From contig CAWEKC010000005.1 of the NCBI GenBank assembly GCA_963809665.1, forward strand, positions 11,878-75,877: 64,000 nt of DNA. The letters run 5' to 3'. This stretch comes from Candidatus Gottesmanbacteria bacterium. GTDB lineage: Bacteria; Patescibacteriota; Microgenomatia; UBA10105; UBA927. The notes under the pieces were generated by a model. It saw only the letters and a program-made list of their open reading frames with translations. It did no database searches and was not told the DNA's origin. This document shows positions 17,323 to 26,547 of the stretch, in pieces; within the stretch, counting starts at the first letter, position 1, and every line of letters starts with the position of its first letter. A program made the position numbers and the translations under genes.

Positions 17323-19458
17323 TCAGAGCACTTTATAAATGACCGTTTCGCCGGAGGTGAAGACAGGAGTCCCTAGCTCGTTGAATTTCGATTCCTGAAG
17401 ATTGGTAAATTTCTGCCGTTCCAGTGTTCCGACAAAAATATATCTCACCTGATATTTTTCCAAAACCGCTTTCGTCTCATTGATATCCGTTGATTCATAA
17501 ATCAGCTTCACTTCTTCTTTGCGCGGCGCAACGATGTCATAGGACCCGCGCCAGAGCCATTCATGGACGGACCATCCCACAATGGTCGGTATCCCAGTAA
17601 ACACGCTTACCTGGTCGTAATCGGTGTAACTGTCTCCGTCGGCTTCCACAAGCACGGGATTGTGGCCTAATTTCCCATTTTTAAGTCCTTCATTCAACCA
17701 TTGAATTCCCGCCCAATTATCCTGATACTGGGTACTGATCCATCCCGTCCCGTTAATTCCCTCATACTGTTTCAGGCTATTGAAATACGACCGTACGCTG
17801 AAAATGGGATAAATGGACACCAGGAACAGTTGCGGGGCTAATAATATAAAAAACAGCATCCGTTTTTTGTGCCGTGTCATCGTAGCGATCACATATCCGG
17901 AAATAATCGAAAACATGATAAATGCCTGATACCCCAGTTTGAACATTGTGTTGCTACGGAAATGCATGGGGTAGATATCTTTAAAATAGAAAAATTCAGG
18001 AAAAATAATAAGAAGAATTGAAAACACAAAAAATATTCCCAGCAGGAGATCCTGATGTTCCGGCAATTTATTACGTGTGATTTTTTTAATCAACGGGACG
18101 AGTAAAAATAATCCGCAGTAGATGAAAAATCCCCACAGCAACCACATCATCCACAGCGGGCTATGCTGGCACTTTTCCACTCCCTCAAACAGAACCGGCC
18201 CGAATTTCGTATCGGCAAGAGCCGCGGGCGGACAATTGACGGCAATCCCCGAAACAAACGATTTGAAATATAGTAAAAACGGCAAACTGCATATACCCGC
18301 CGTAATTATCGTAATGCCGCCCGTAATGGCCGCCTTTTCCCATGATAGCTTTTTGAAAACCGCGTTGAATACAACTAACGCTATGAGAAATAATCCCAGA
18401 TATATCGGCCCGTCCAGTGCGTTGGTCATCAGGAGCACGCTGCACAAAAATCCGTAAAAAATATAGATACCCCATTCGCTTTTTTCCTGCCTGCCGGCAG
18501 GCATATCCATAAACAACCGTATAAGAAGCGCTATGGCCAAAAGCACAAACGGGATTGACAGTACGTGCCCGTGGACGTCCGACACGACAAACGAGTAGCT
18601 CGGAAATTCATGGATCGTATACGGGATAAACCGCGTAGCATTGGCATACCAGTAACGGTTCAGGCCGTCCGGCAGGCGGGAAATGAAATTCCCGATCGGC
18701 CACAGAATTGTCCAGAACGGCACAACCTTGTCCCCATCATACCCCTGGGTAAACGCGTAAATCGTCTGCATGTTGCCCGCAAGGGTTACCAGAAATGCGG
18801 TAAAGAGTCCTCCCCCGATTTTCCCGGCAATACTCATCCCTTTTCTGACGCGTAACAGTTGCACCCCGATACCAAACGACATGGTGCAGGTGAATGCAAA
18901 AATCGCCGCCAGCATAAGATTAAACGTATACGTAAGATCGATACCGCTCATCCGTGTCAGGACCGCCATGACGGTATGCCCGAAATAATAGTAGTTAATG
19001 GTGCCTCCGGCGTACCACATATCCGGCGCCGGAAAAAATTTGCTATCAAGGATGGATTTGGTAAAACCGAAATCCATAAATTTTTCAAGATTATGGATGC
19101 TCGGCTCGTGCGCTTTTACCCAGGACCACAATAAAAGTGCGGCAAAAAAGAACAGTTCCTCCGATACCATACGGAGAGCGTTATTCCGTATATTTCCCTT
19201 TTCCCCTGAATTTTTTCTCCGGAGGATTACTCCGGCTGCAAATGTGAGTCCCATGGCGCCCCACACAGCCCCCTGAGTAAACGGGATGATGTGGAGTACT
19301 CCGGCCAAATACACGAGGAACGTCACTACCGCCATACCCACGGCTTTGGAGAAAATATACGATAACCCTAATTTTCGGGTGAGAGGATATGCCACCGCGC
19401 CGATCAAAAATAACGTTCCCCACCATTGGAAAACTATTACCACATCTGACATCGGCAT
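17323..19458 (-). CDS. DUF2298 / Chlor_Arch_YYY-domain membrane protein (GT-C-like)
   Basis: LEKFMDFGF, PAPDMWYAG, INYYYFGH, IHEFPSYSF..DVHGH, RSNTMFK and HEWLWRG motifs. Confidence 0.88.
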   Translation of the reverse strand: MPMSDVVIVFQWWGTLFLIGAVAYPLTRKLGLSYIFSKAVGMAVVTFLVYLAGVLHIIPFTQGAVWGAMGLTFAAGVILRRKNSGEKGNIRNNALRMVSEELFFFAALLLWSWVKAHEPSIHNLEKFMDFGFTKSILDSKFFPAPDMWYAGGTINYYYFGHTVMAVLTRMSGIDLTYTFNLMLAAIFAFTCTMSFGIGVQLLRVRKGMSIAGKIGGGLFTAFLVTLAGNMQTIYAFTQGYDGDKVVPFWTILWPIGNFISRLPDGLNRYWYANATRFIPYTIHEFPSYSFVVSDVHGHVLSIPFVLLAIALLIRLFMDMPAGRQEKSEWGIYIFYGFLCSVLLMTNALDGPIYLGLFLIALVVFNAVFKKLSWEKAAITGGITIITAGICSLPFLLYFKSFVSGIAVNCPPAALADTKFGPVLFEGVEKCQHSPLWMMWLLWGFFIYCGLFLLVPLIKKITRNKLPEHQDLLLGIFFVFSILLIIFPEFFYFKDIYPMHFRSNTMFKLGYQAFIMFSIISGYVIATMTRHKKRMLFFILLAPQLFLVSIYPIFSVRSYFNSLKQYEGINGTGWISTQYQDNWAGIQWLNEGLKNGKLGHNPVLVEADGDSYTDYDQVSVFTGIPTIVGWSVHEWLWRGSYDIVAPRKEEVKLIYESTDINETKAVLEKYQVRYIFVGTLERQKFTNLQESKFNELGTPVFTSGETVIYKVL
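18486..18503. repeat. Palindrome CCTGCCTGCCGGCAGGCA, in frame (MPAGRQ) in an inter-TM loop
   Basis: Read directly; 16-bp perfect core at 18488-18503. Confidence 0.85.
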
Positions 19459-19490
19459 ATGAAGTCGATTATACGTGATACAATCTTCTC

Positions 19491-20711
19491 ATGAAAGTTG
19501 CGGTTGTCGGCGGCGGTTTCACGGGACTTGCCGCGGCATATGAACTGACAAAACATGGGGCCACGGTGACGCTGTTTGAATCTGCACCGGTAGTTGGGGG
19601 GTTGGCGCACGGATTCAAAAAGGCCGGTTGGACATGGCACCTAGAATATGCCTATCACCACTGGTTTACCGGTGACCGCGCGGCACTGGATCTGATTAAA
19701 GAATTAGGCCTCACACAGAAACTTATTATTACCCGGCCGATTACTGCTTCCCTGTATGATGGAAAGCCGTATGAATTAGATTCACCCGTGAATTTATTAA
19801 CATTTCCGGGGCTTTCACTATCCGATAAGTTCCGTACTGCGGCGCTCCTTGGATTTCTTAAAATCAATCCATTTTGGAAACCTTTGGAAAATATCTCTGC
19901 TGAACACCTTTTAACCTCAATAGGTGGTCGGCGTTCATACGCCATGCTTTGGGAACCGCTACTTGCCGGCAAGTTCGGTACCTTGGCACCAACTATCCAG
20001 GCAGCTTGGTTCTGGGCGCGGATAAAAAAGCGGACGCCGCGTTTAGTATATATGGAGGGAGGCTTCCATACGCTGATTGCTGCACTCGAAAGCACTATAA
20101 AAAAAGGGGGCGGTATAATCCGCACGAATACCACGGTTGCTTCAATGAATGACCTGTCAGGATTTGATAAAATTTTATTTACCGTACCCAGCCCGGTTGC
20201 CCAAAAAATCGTTCCTCAACTCCGGATCGATCTTATCCCCCATCTCACGGCACAAACCTTAATTCTGGAAACCGACAGCCCGGTTCTGAAAAACGTGTAT
20301 TGGCTTAATATCACGGACCGTTCGTTTCCGTTTTTAGCGGCAGTATTCCACACAAATTTTATGGAAAAAAAATATTACGGTGGTCACCACCTGACATACT
20401 TCGGCAATTATCTTCCGGCGGATCACCCCTATCTTTCCATGACCAAAGATCAATTATTGAAAAAATTCATGCCGTATATCAAACGTCTTTCACAAAATTT
20501 TCCAATAAAAATTTTAGACTCTTTTATATTTACCGGATCGTTTGCCCAGCCGGTCCACCAACTGCATTATTCATCCCATACACCAAAACTTATTACATCC
20601 ATTCCGAATGTCTATATGGCCAACATGGACAGTATCGTACCCTGGGATCGTGGGACCAATTATGCTATTGAATTAGGACAAAAGGCAGCGCAGAAAATCA
20701 TGGAAACATGA
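19491..20711 (+). CDS. FAD-dependent oxidoreductase (protoporphyrinogen oxidase/amine oxidase-like)
   Basis: VAVVGGGFTGL dinucleotide fold, GGLA, YHHWF, PWDRGTN. Confidence 0.85.
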   Translation: MKVAVVGGGFTGLAAAYELTKHGATVTLFESAPVVGGLAHGFKKAGWTWHLEYAYHHWFTGDRAALDLIKELGLTQKLIITRPITASLYDGKPYELDSPVNLLTFPGLSLSDKFRTAALLGFLKINPFWKPLENISAEHLLTSIGGRRSYAMLWEPLLAGKFGTLAPTIQAAWFWARIKKRTPRLVYMEGGFHTLIAALESTIKKGGGIIRTNTTVASMNDLSGFDKILFTVPSPVAQKIVPQLRIDLIPHLTAQTLILETDSPVLKNVYWLNITDRSFPFLAAVFHTNFMEKKYYGGHHLTYFGNYLPADHPYLSMTKDQLLKKFMPYIKRLSQNFPIKILDSFIFTGSFAQPVHQLHYSSHTPKLITSIPNVYMANMDSIVPWDRGTNYAIELGQKAAQKIMET

Positions 20712-22333
20712 AAAAACTACTTATTTTTATCATAATTTTTGGAGCCATTCTGCGCTTTACCGCAATCAACTGGGATTCGTTCGGCGCGTTCCACCCGGAC
20801 GAAAGAAATATTTCCTGGGCCGTGACACGTATCCGGTTTTTCTCGCAGATGAACCCGAAATTTTTCGCGTATGGGGGGTTGCCGGTCTATCTGTACCGCG
20901 CGCTGGGCGAAGGCGTTGTAGCGGCGACACATAACGATATCTGGCTTGCAGACTGGGGGCACATTGCCGTTATCGGGCGCTCCGTTTCTGCCGTACTGTC
21001 GACCATAAGCATATTCTTAATCTACGTAGCCGGCGCCGCGTATTTCACTCCCGGAGTCGGACTTCTTGCGGCTTCACTCCTTGCGTTTTCCCCATGGGCA
21101 ATACGGGAAGCGCATTTCGAAACCACCGAAACCATGCTGGTATTTTTCCTACTGGCTATGAGTATCGTTGCGCGCCGGCTATTCCAAAAACCAAACCGCC
21201 GCAGCGTCGTACTTATCGGGTTAGTGTGGGGCCTCGCTATGGCGGCCAAAACTACGAGCATACTGTTCGGCCTTATACCAACCGCAGCCATCTGGTTTCC
21301 GCATCACATCTTTAAAAATATTCCTAAAAAAATCCTGTACACGTTCATGTTGGGCTGTACATCTGTTTTTATTTTCTTCCTTTTCTCTCCGTATACGCTC
21401 CTGGACTTCACACATTTCCGCGAGTCCATGACGTATGAATCCGGAGTGGCCCTGGGGCGTTTTTCGGTTGTCTATACACTTCAGTTTCTGAATACCACTC
21501 CGTATCTTTTCCAACTGCAAACAATGCTCTGGCAGGCGGGGCCGTTAGGTATCATCGGAATGTTCGGTCTTATCGGACTGGTAATCATAGTGTTCAGGAA
21601 AAAATTTTATCTTGTGCCGTTGTTACTATTCCCCGTTCTCTATTTTAGTTGGGTCGGTTCGTGGTATGCAAAATTCAACCGCTACAACGTGCCGTTCTTA
21701 CCGTTTGTCACCATTGCGGCGGCATGGTTTTGTGTTGTCATCAGTAAACGTTTTCGTATAGCCGGCACAGCGTTAACTCTGCTTGTACTTTCCGCAACCA
21801 TCTTGTGGGGACTGGCTAATTGGACTGTATACCTGCGGCCCCAAACGCGTTTGACTGCATCCGAATGGATGTTTACCCATATTCCCTCAGGTGCCACGAT
21901 CTACACGGAACACTGGAATGACGGACTGCCGATCGACCTGCCTGCGCAGGCAGGCCTGCCGGATGCAGTTAGGTATAACCGCGAACTACTTACAGTATAC
22001 GACGAAGACAATGCAGCCAAAAAAAACTACTATGCCGATAAGCTTGTCACCGGAGATTTCATCGTCCTATCGACCCGGCGTATGTGGGCTACGATGCCGC
22101 GGCTTGGTGAAAAATATCCGCTGACAAAATTATTTTACCAACGGTTATTAGACGGATCTTTAGGATACAAAGAGGTCGGCCGCTTTACGTCCTATCCGCA
22201 ACTATTCGGCGTCTCTGTCAATGATGACGGCGCGGAAGAATCCATCCAGGTCTTTGATCATCCCACGGTCTTAATTTTCCAAAACGTAGCGCACTATTCC
22301 AATGGGGAATATCTCACATTGTTGACGCCATAA
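20708..22333 (+). CDS. PMT-like GT-C glycosyltransferase
   Basis: FHPDER, FFAYGGLP, AHF, KFNRY, EHWNDGLP and ESIQVFDHP motifs; ATGA-coupled to the oxidoreductase. Confidence 0.85.
   Translation: MKKLLIFIIIFGAILRFTAINWDSFGAFHPDERNISWAVTRIRFFSQMNPKFFAYGGLPVYLYRALGEGVVAATHNDIWLADWGHIAVIGRSVSAVLSTISIFLIYVAGAAYFTPGVGLLAASLLAFSPWAIREAHFETTETMLVFFLLAMSIVARRLFQKPNRRSVVLIGLVWGLAMAAKTTSILFGLIPTAAIWFPHHIFKNIPKKILYTFMLGCTSVFIFFLFSPYTLLDFTHFRESMTYESGVALGRFSVVYTLQFLNTTPYLFQLQTMLWQAGPLGIIGMFGLIGLVIIVFRKKFYLVPLLLFPVLYFSWVGSWYAKFNRYNVPFLPFVTIAAAWFCVVISKRFRIAGTALTLLVLSATILWGLANWTVYLRPQTRLTASEWMFTHIPSGATIYTEHWNDGLPIDLPAQAGLPDAVRYNRELLTVYDEDNAAKKNYYADKLVTGDFIVLSTRRMWATMPRLGEKYPLTKLFYQRLLDGSLGYKEVGRFTSYPQLFGVSVNDDGAEESIQVFDHPTVLIFQNVAHYSNGEYLTLLTP
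21937..21954. repeat. Perfect 18-bp palindrome CCTGCCTGCGCAGGCAGG, in frame (LPAQAG)
   Basis: Read directly; immediately followed by a CCTGCC repeat, so an 18-bp excision leaves DLPDA. Confidence 0.88.
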
Positions 22334-22361
22334 CAAAATCGCGCATTATTCTATTCTCTAA

Positions 22362-22470
22362 GGGAGATTGACAGCCTGCCCAACTATCAATCCCCCATTA
22401 TAAAACAGAACTCTGCGCGACTTTTTTGAAATAACTTTTCTTGCTCAGTAATTTACCTTTAGCACGACTC
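22362..22470 (-). ncRNA. Candidate small RNA (leftward)
   Basis: TTGACA-17-TACAAT promoter at 22505-22477; 13-bp hairpin at 22362-22396 that pairs fully (with G:U) only on the minus strand; no convincing ORF. Confidence 0.35.
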
Positions 22471-22476
22471 GCCGCG

Positions 22477-22505
22477 ATTGTATATCGAGAATTCCATATT
22501 GTCAA
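22477..22505 (-). promoter_or_regulatory. Sigma70-type promoter
   Basis: TTGACA-N17-TACAAT. Confidence 0.7.
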
Positions 22506-22657
22506 CGGGATAACGCGCGGAGAACATAATAAAAAATACCATACAGCAAAACACGTAAAAAATTATTGTTTTTTTGGAGAAAATCCTGAAGGTTTTGGAG
22601 AACTGGAAACTTCCCGATCAAACGGGCTAAATAAAATATTCAGCTTCACTTTTTTAT

Positions 22658-22686
22658 TTGACAACGCAGAAATGCGTTGATATCGT
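22658..22686 (+). promoter_or_regulatory. Sigma70-type promoter with inverted repeat in the spacer
   Basis: TTGACA-N17-TATCGT with extended TG; CAACGCA-GAAA-TGCGTTG inverted repeat at 22662-22679. Confidence 0.55.
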
Positions 22687-22692
22687 GATCAA

Positions 22693-22788
22693 ATAGATAT
22701 TGTTCTTTTGCCCAAAAAACAATATCAACACTAAAAGGCATTACTACTCGTAGGCCATCCAAAGTCTAGCGGTAGTGATGCTTTTTTT
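22693..22788 (+). ncRNA. Candidate small RNA (rightward) with two hairpins, ending in an intrinsic terminator
   Basis: GATATTGTT...AACAATATC stem, then GCATTACTAC...GTAGTGATGC stem plus T7. Confidence 0.35.
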
Positions 22789-22791
22789 CCG

Positions 22792-22807
22792 CTGCCTGCG
22801 CAGGCAG
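22792..22807. repeat. Intergenic palindrome CTGCCTGCGCAGGCAG
   Basis: Same variant as 21937; directly after the stop codon of the 22809-22979 ORF. Confidence 0.85.
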
Positions 22808-22808
22808 G

Positions 22809-22979
22809 TTAGAGCGTAAACACCGGAATACTTAACCCTTTATCTTTCAGCTTCTGGAACTGTTCCTTTACTTCTGCCTCAAACCGTTCCCTCTCGCGGG
22901 TCATCGGCGATTTACGTTCCGTTTTAACGCCAAAACGGCCGCCCAACCCTAAACGCATTAAAAGTAGTTTCATGTTCAT
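22809..22979 (-). CDS. Small basic hypothetical protein (56 aa)
   Basis: TTGACA(23014-23009)-N17-TTGAAT, then 6 nt to ATG 22979. Confidence 0.5.
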   Translation of the reverse strand: MNMKLLLMRLGLGGRFGVKTERKSPMTRERERFEAEVKEQFQKLKDKGLSIPVFTL

Positions 22980-23190
22980 ACATCCATTCAAACACGACTG
23001 CAATCTCTTGTCAAGTCCCATAGGTTTTTTATATACGGAAATTGTGATGACTTATAGTTAAATATATATTAATTAGAAGGTATTAACGGTCTATAATTAT
23101 TTAGGAAAATAATTGTGGATAACTTGGGGAAACAGAAAACTTGCGGATTGGTTATTTTACCTATAATGTAGTAGTAGGCAACTTAGGATC

Positions 23191-24465
23191 ATGAAACATA
23201 AAATAATAGCATTTATTTTATTCTGGACGGCAATAATCTTTTTCGGACTATTTCCCCTTCCCCGCCCGACGTATGCAGACTATCAGGAACTTGGAAAAAA
23301 AGAGTTGTTGGGTCCGATTGGTCAAAATAGTTCCCAATATTCACCATGGATCATGCACGGACAGGGATGGGGCAGCTACGTGATGTATTACTGTAAAAAT
23401 TCGCCGATTAACAATGTCTGGCGCGACCGGGTATATCGGATTGAAAACTTTAATGACGGCATATCAGGAAGCTGGATCGGCGACCAACCGGTAATCGAGG
23501 GTTCTGACGGCCAAAATGATGATTTGTCCTGTTCCCCCGGGGTTCTTATAGACAATCAAAATACGTGGCATATGTATTACGTCACGGCAAACAGGAACAC
23601 CGGTTGTGATGTGTACCTATACCACGCAACAGCAACCGCCCCGGGAACAAATTGGGTGAAACAAGGTGTTATCAATATCGATGGGAAACCGATGTCCGCT
23701 GTTCCAAACTGTAATCTTGAAACACCAAGTCCGTATTTTATTAACGGTACATATGTACTTTATTATGCAGGCGCCCCCGGTAAAATAGTTCGTCTTGAAA
23801 GTACTGACGGATATAATTTTACCAATCAGACAACCATAAGTCTTCGCGAACCGTTGGGAGGATCCGGCAGGGTAATAATCGTTAACGGACAGTATTACTA
23901 TACGTACAACAGGAATCCTACAAGCGGATACTTACCCTCCACACAAATACTTATAACACAATCGTCGGACGGGATACATTTCTCTCCATCTGAATTACTT
24001 ATGGCTTCGTCAGGATCAGGTTGGGATGGTGACAGGATGTGGAGCCCTTTTCCGATGTTTGTTAATAATGAATTACGGGTGTATTACGCCGGCAATATCG
24101 GTAATTATGGGTGGTTTGGTGCAAATACGTCAATTGGCGTCCGTTGGTTCAGTATGCCAACTATGACTACGCCTACGCCAACGAAAACACCCACGCCGAC
24201 GCCAACCAGAACCCCGACACCTACCCCGACACGCACTCCTACATTGACTCCCACGGCAACAATCAGATTAACCCCGACTCCTACTCCTGCTTCCATACCC
24301 GGTGATCTCAATGGTGATCATACGGTCAATATTTTTGACTACAACATACTGATCGGCGATTTCGGGAAAACCGGTTCACCGGGCTGGATTCCGGCTGATA
24401 TCAATAAAGACGGAAAAGTAGATATTTTCGATTATAATGCGCTGGTAGGTAATTTTGGAAAATAA
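23191..24465 (+). CDS. Secreted putative beta-propeller glycoside hydrolase (GH43/GH32-like) with PT linker and C-terminal dockerin
   Basis: Signal peptide; repeated blade motifs (SPW..YVMYY, SPGV..WHMYY, SPY..YVLYY, WSP..LRVYY, ESTDG/SSDG); duplicated EF-hand [14 protein letters not shown] / [14 protein letters not shown]. Confidence 0.8.
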   Translation: MKHKIIAFILFWTAIIFFGLFPLPRPTYADYQELGKKELLGPIGQNSSQYSPWIMHGQGWGSYVMYYCKNSPINNVWRDRVYRIENFNDGISGSWIGDQPVIEGSDGQNDDLSCSPGVLIDNQNTWHMYYVTANRNTGCDVYLYHATATAPGTNWVKQGVINIDGKPMSAVPNCNLETPSPYFINGTYVLYYAGAPGKIVRLESTDGYNFTNQTTISLREPLGGSGRVIIVNGQYYYTYNRNPTSGYLPSTQILITQSSDGIHFSPSELLMASSGSGWDGDRMWSPFPMFVNNELRVYYAGNIGNYGWFGANTSIGVRWFSMPTMTTPTPTKTPTPTPTRTPTPTPTRTPTLTPTATIRLTPTPTPASIPGDLNGDHTVNIFDYNILIGDFGKTGSPGWIPADINKDGKVDIFDYNALVGNFGK

Positions 24466-24494
24466 TTTACTGTATATGGAACGCATGTTGCGAT

Positions 24495-25682
24495 GTGAAT
24501 ATGCCGAAACGTAAATCAATACAGAGTATCTCCGATACTGATCATCCGGTTGAACCCATCGACCAAATGAATACGTCACCGGTACGGTATTCAAAAATAC
24601 ATATATTGCCTCTCATACCCATTCTATTCCTGCTTGTCGTATTAGTGGGAGTGGTAATACTGTCGCAGAAAAGAACGCAGGACCTGCGCAGCCGTGCTAC
24701 TTTAATCGGCCCTAAGCTTTCTCTCTCACCCGCTACGAAAACCGCGGCAGTAGGGGAAACATTTTATCTGGCAAGCACACTGGATACCGATACGGATAAG
24801 GTGTCCGCGGCCGAACTGCATCTTTCATACGATCCGACCGCCGTACAAATACTCGGGTTTGCCCCCGGCAGCGTTTTGCCGGTCGTCCTGATGCAGGAAT
24901 CACACAACAACGGCGCCATATCCGTCACCCTTGGAGCACAGCCGTCAAACCCGTATAAAGGTGTCGGTATTTTGGGAACGTGGAATATAAAAATTCTTGC
25001 TGCAAAACAATCATCAGTCAGTTACACCAATTCCACCCAGGTTGCAGCCATAGGAAAACCGACAAATGCGCTCGTTTCAATGACGGGCAGCTCAATCACC
25101 GGGGGCTCAGGCAGCACGCCAACTCTTACTCCCACACCGACAAAAACACCGACACCGACGCCCACCCGTACCCCCACGCCGACCCGTACGCCGACACCGA
25201 CAGTAACACCAACTCCCGGCGCAATGGCAACTCCCACGCCGACCCGTACGCCGACGCCGACAGTAACACCAACTCCCGGCACAACGGCAACTCCCACGCC
25301 GACCCGTACGCCGACGCCGACCCATACACCTGCCCCGACTCCCACACCAACCAATACACCTACACCCACGCCCACGCCTTCTCAGGGCACACCAACGGCA
25401 ACACCAACTCCCACACGCACGCCGACACCAACCGCAACCGCGACACCGAAGCCGCCGTTTAATCCGTTTCGCTTCTTATACCCAACCTCAACGCCTACAC
25501 CGACGCCAAAAAAGACATCATCTACAGGATTTGGACAATTCAACACAGAGACTCAATATTCCGTTACATCAGTAACGCCGTCTCCCACAGAGGCACCAAT
25601 ACAACAAGCACCTGCTCCGACATTTATTGAACAGATTATTAACACAATCGTTTTATTCTTCAAAAATCTTTTCGGAAAATAA
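24495..25682 (+). CDS. Membrane-anchored cohesin-like domain protein with long Pro/Thr-rich stalk
   Basis: N-terminal TM followed by QDLRSRA; [27 protein letters not shown] cohesin-like pattern; ~130 aa PT region. Confidence 0.7.
   Translation: MNMPKRKSIQSISDTDHPVEPIDQMNTSPVRYSKIHILPLIPILFLLVVLVGVVILSQKRTQDLRSRATLIGPKLSLSPATKTAAVGETFYLASTLDTDTDKVSAAELHLSYDPTAVQILGFAPGSVLPVVLMQESHNNGAISVTLGAQPSNPYKGVGILGTWNIKILAAKQSSVSYTNSTQVAAIGKPTNALVSMTGSSITGGSGSTPTLTPTPTKTPTPTPTRTPTPTRTPTPTVTPTPGAMATPTPTRTPTPTVTPTPGTTATPTPTRTPTPTHTPAPTPTPTNTPTPTPTPSQGTPTATPTPTRTPTPTATATPKPPFNPFRFLYPTSTPTPTPKKTSSTGFGQFNTETQYSVTSVTPSPTEAPIQQAPAPTFIEQIINTIVLFFKNLFGK
25173..25321 (+). repeat. 60-bp tandem repeat (~2.5 copies) encoding [20 protein letters not shown]
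   Basis: Sequence lines starting at 25201 and 25261 are nearly identical. Confidence 0.9.
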
Positions 25683-25694
25683 CGCCAGGAAGAA

Positions 25695-26516
25695 TTATTT
25701 TATTCTCGCAAAAAACAGCTGTCCTGCCGCGGTCTGATGGATCTTGGTGACGATCACAAGGATGTCCTGCCCTATCCTGTCACGGGCGTTGTCTACGACG
25801 ACCATGGTGCCGTCTGCCAGATACCCTACGCCCTGGGCCCGTTCCTTCCCTTCATGAGTAACACGCACGGTAAATTCTTCGCCGGGCATGAGTGATACTT
25901 TAAGCGCCTGGGCGATATCATTAATATTGAGGACCTTAACACCCTGTATACGCGCCACATGTGCGAGGTTAAAATCAACCGTCAGGAGTCTTACTTTCTG
26001 GTTTGACCAACGTTTTGCAAGTGCCACAAGCTTCGCATCCACTTCTTTCACATCCGCAGGATCTGCGGATACAACTTTGACGCTGAGAAGTTTATTTACT
26101 TTCTGTCCTTTGAGTTTGTTGACGATATCTAAGCCCCTCCTCCCTTTGGCGCGCCGAAGGGAATCATCCGAATCGGCAATGTGCTGAAGCTCCCCTAAAA
26201 TAAACTGCGGAATTATGAGCGTACCGGTAATAAAACCGCTGTTGGCGATCGGCAGGATTCTGCCGTCAATAAGAACGCTGGTATCGACCAAAATAGGATA
26301 CTCGCCCAATACATCATCTTTTCCGTTCGTCTTGGGTCGGCGGATAAACGGGCGCGCAGTAAACCGGCCGATATTCGTAAGATTTTTGACGATCTCCGCG
26401 GCGAGGGCCCGCGTAAACTCCGCCGGGGGTTTTGCCACGATAGGTACCTGCGTAACCGGTTTTTTTGCCTTGGTCAATAAATTCTTTTTATTATTCACCG
26501 TTAGGGATTGTACCAC
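25695..26516 (-). CDS. PIN + TRAM domain protein (YacL-like)
   Basis: VDTSVLIDGRI, ELQHIADS, RGLD, LLTVDFNL and QGVGYLADGTMVVV motifs; adjacent to radA. True start may be GTG 26498. Confidence 0.9.
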   Translation of the reverse strand: MVQSLTVNNKKNLLTKAKKPVTQVPIVAKPPAEFTRALAAEIVKNLTNIGRFTARPFIRRPKTNGKDDVLGEYPILVDTSVLIDGRILPIANSGFITGTLIIPQFILGELQHIADSDDSLRRAKGRRGLDIVNKLKGQKVNKLLSVKVVSADPADVKEVDAKLVALAKRWSNQKVRLLTVDFNLAHVARIQGVKVLNINDIAQALKVSLMPGEEFTVRVTHEGKERAQGVGYLADGTMVVVDNARDRIGQDILVIVTKIHQTAAGQLFFARIK

Positions 26517-26547
26517 AAAAAAACTGGGGGGTAGCTGAGAATAACCG

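Noticed and set aside
18660-18680. CAGGCCGTCCGGCAGGCGGG (and CCTGCCGGCGG at 3715-3725) as further palindrome copies
   Set aside because: Too degenerate or short to distinguish from chance in GC-rich codons without ortholog alignment.
23030-23122. Possible oriC: AT-rich stretch plus a perfect DnaA box (TGTGGATAA, 23114-23122)
   Set aside because: Only one box found, no dnaA/dnaN nearby, and GC skew cannot be assessed here; better explained as a promoter region.
24105-25462. Antisense or alternative-frame ORFs rich in GV repeats; possible CRISPR-like array
   Set aside because: These are shadows of PT-coding repeats. There are no unique spacers and no cas genes.
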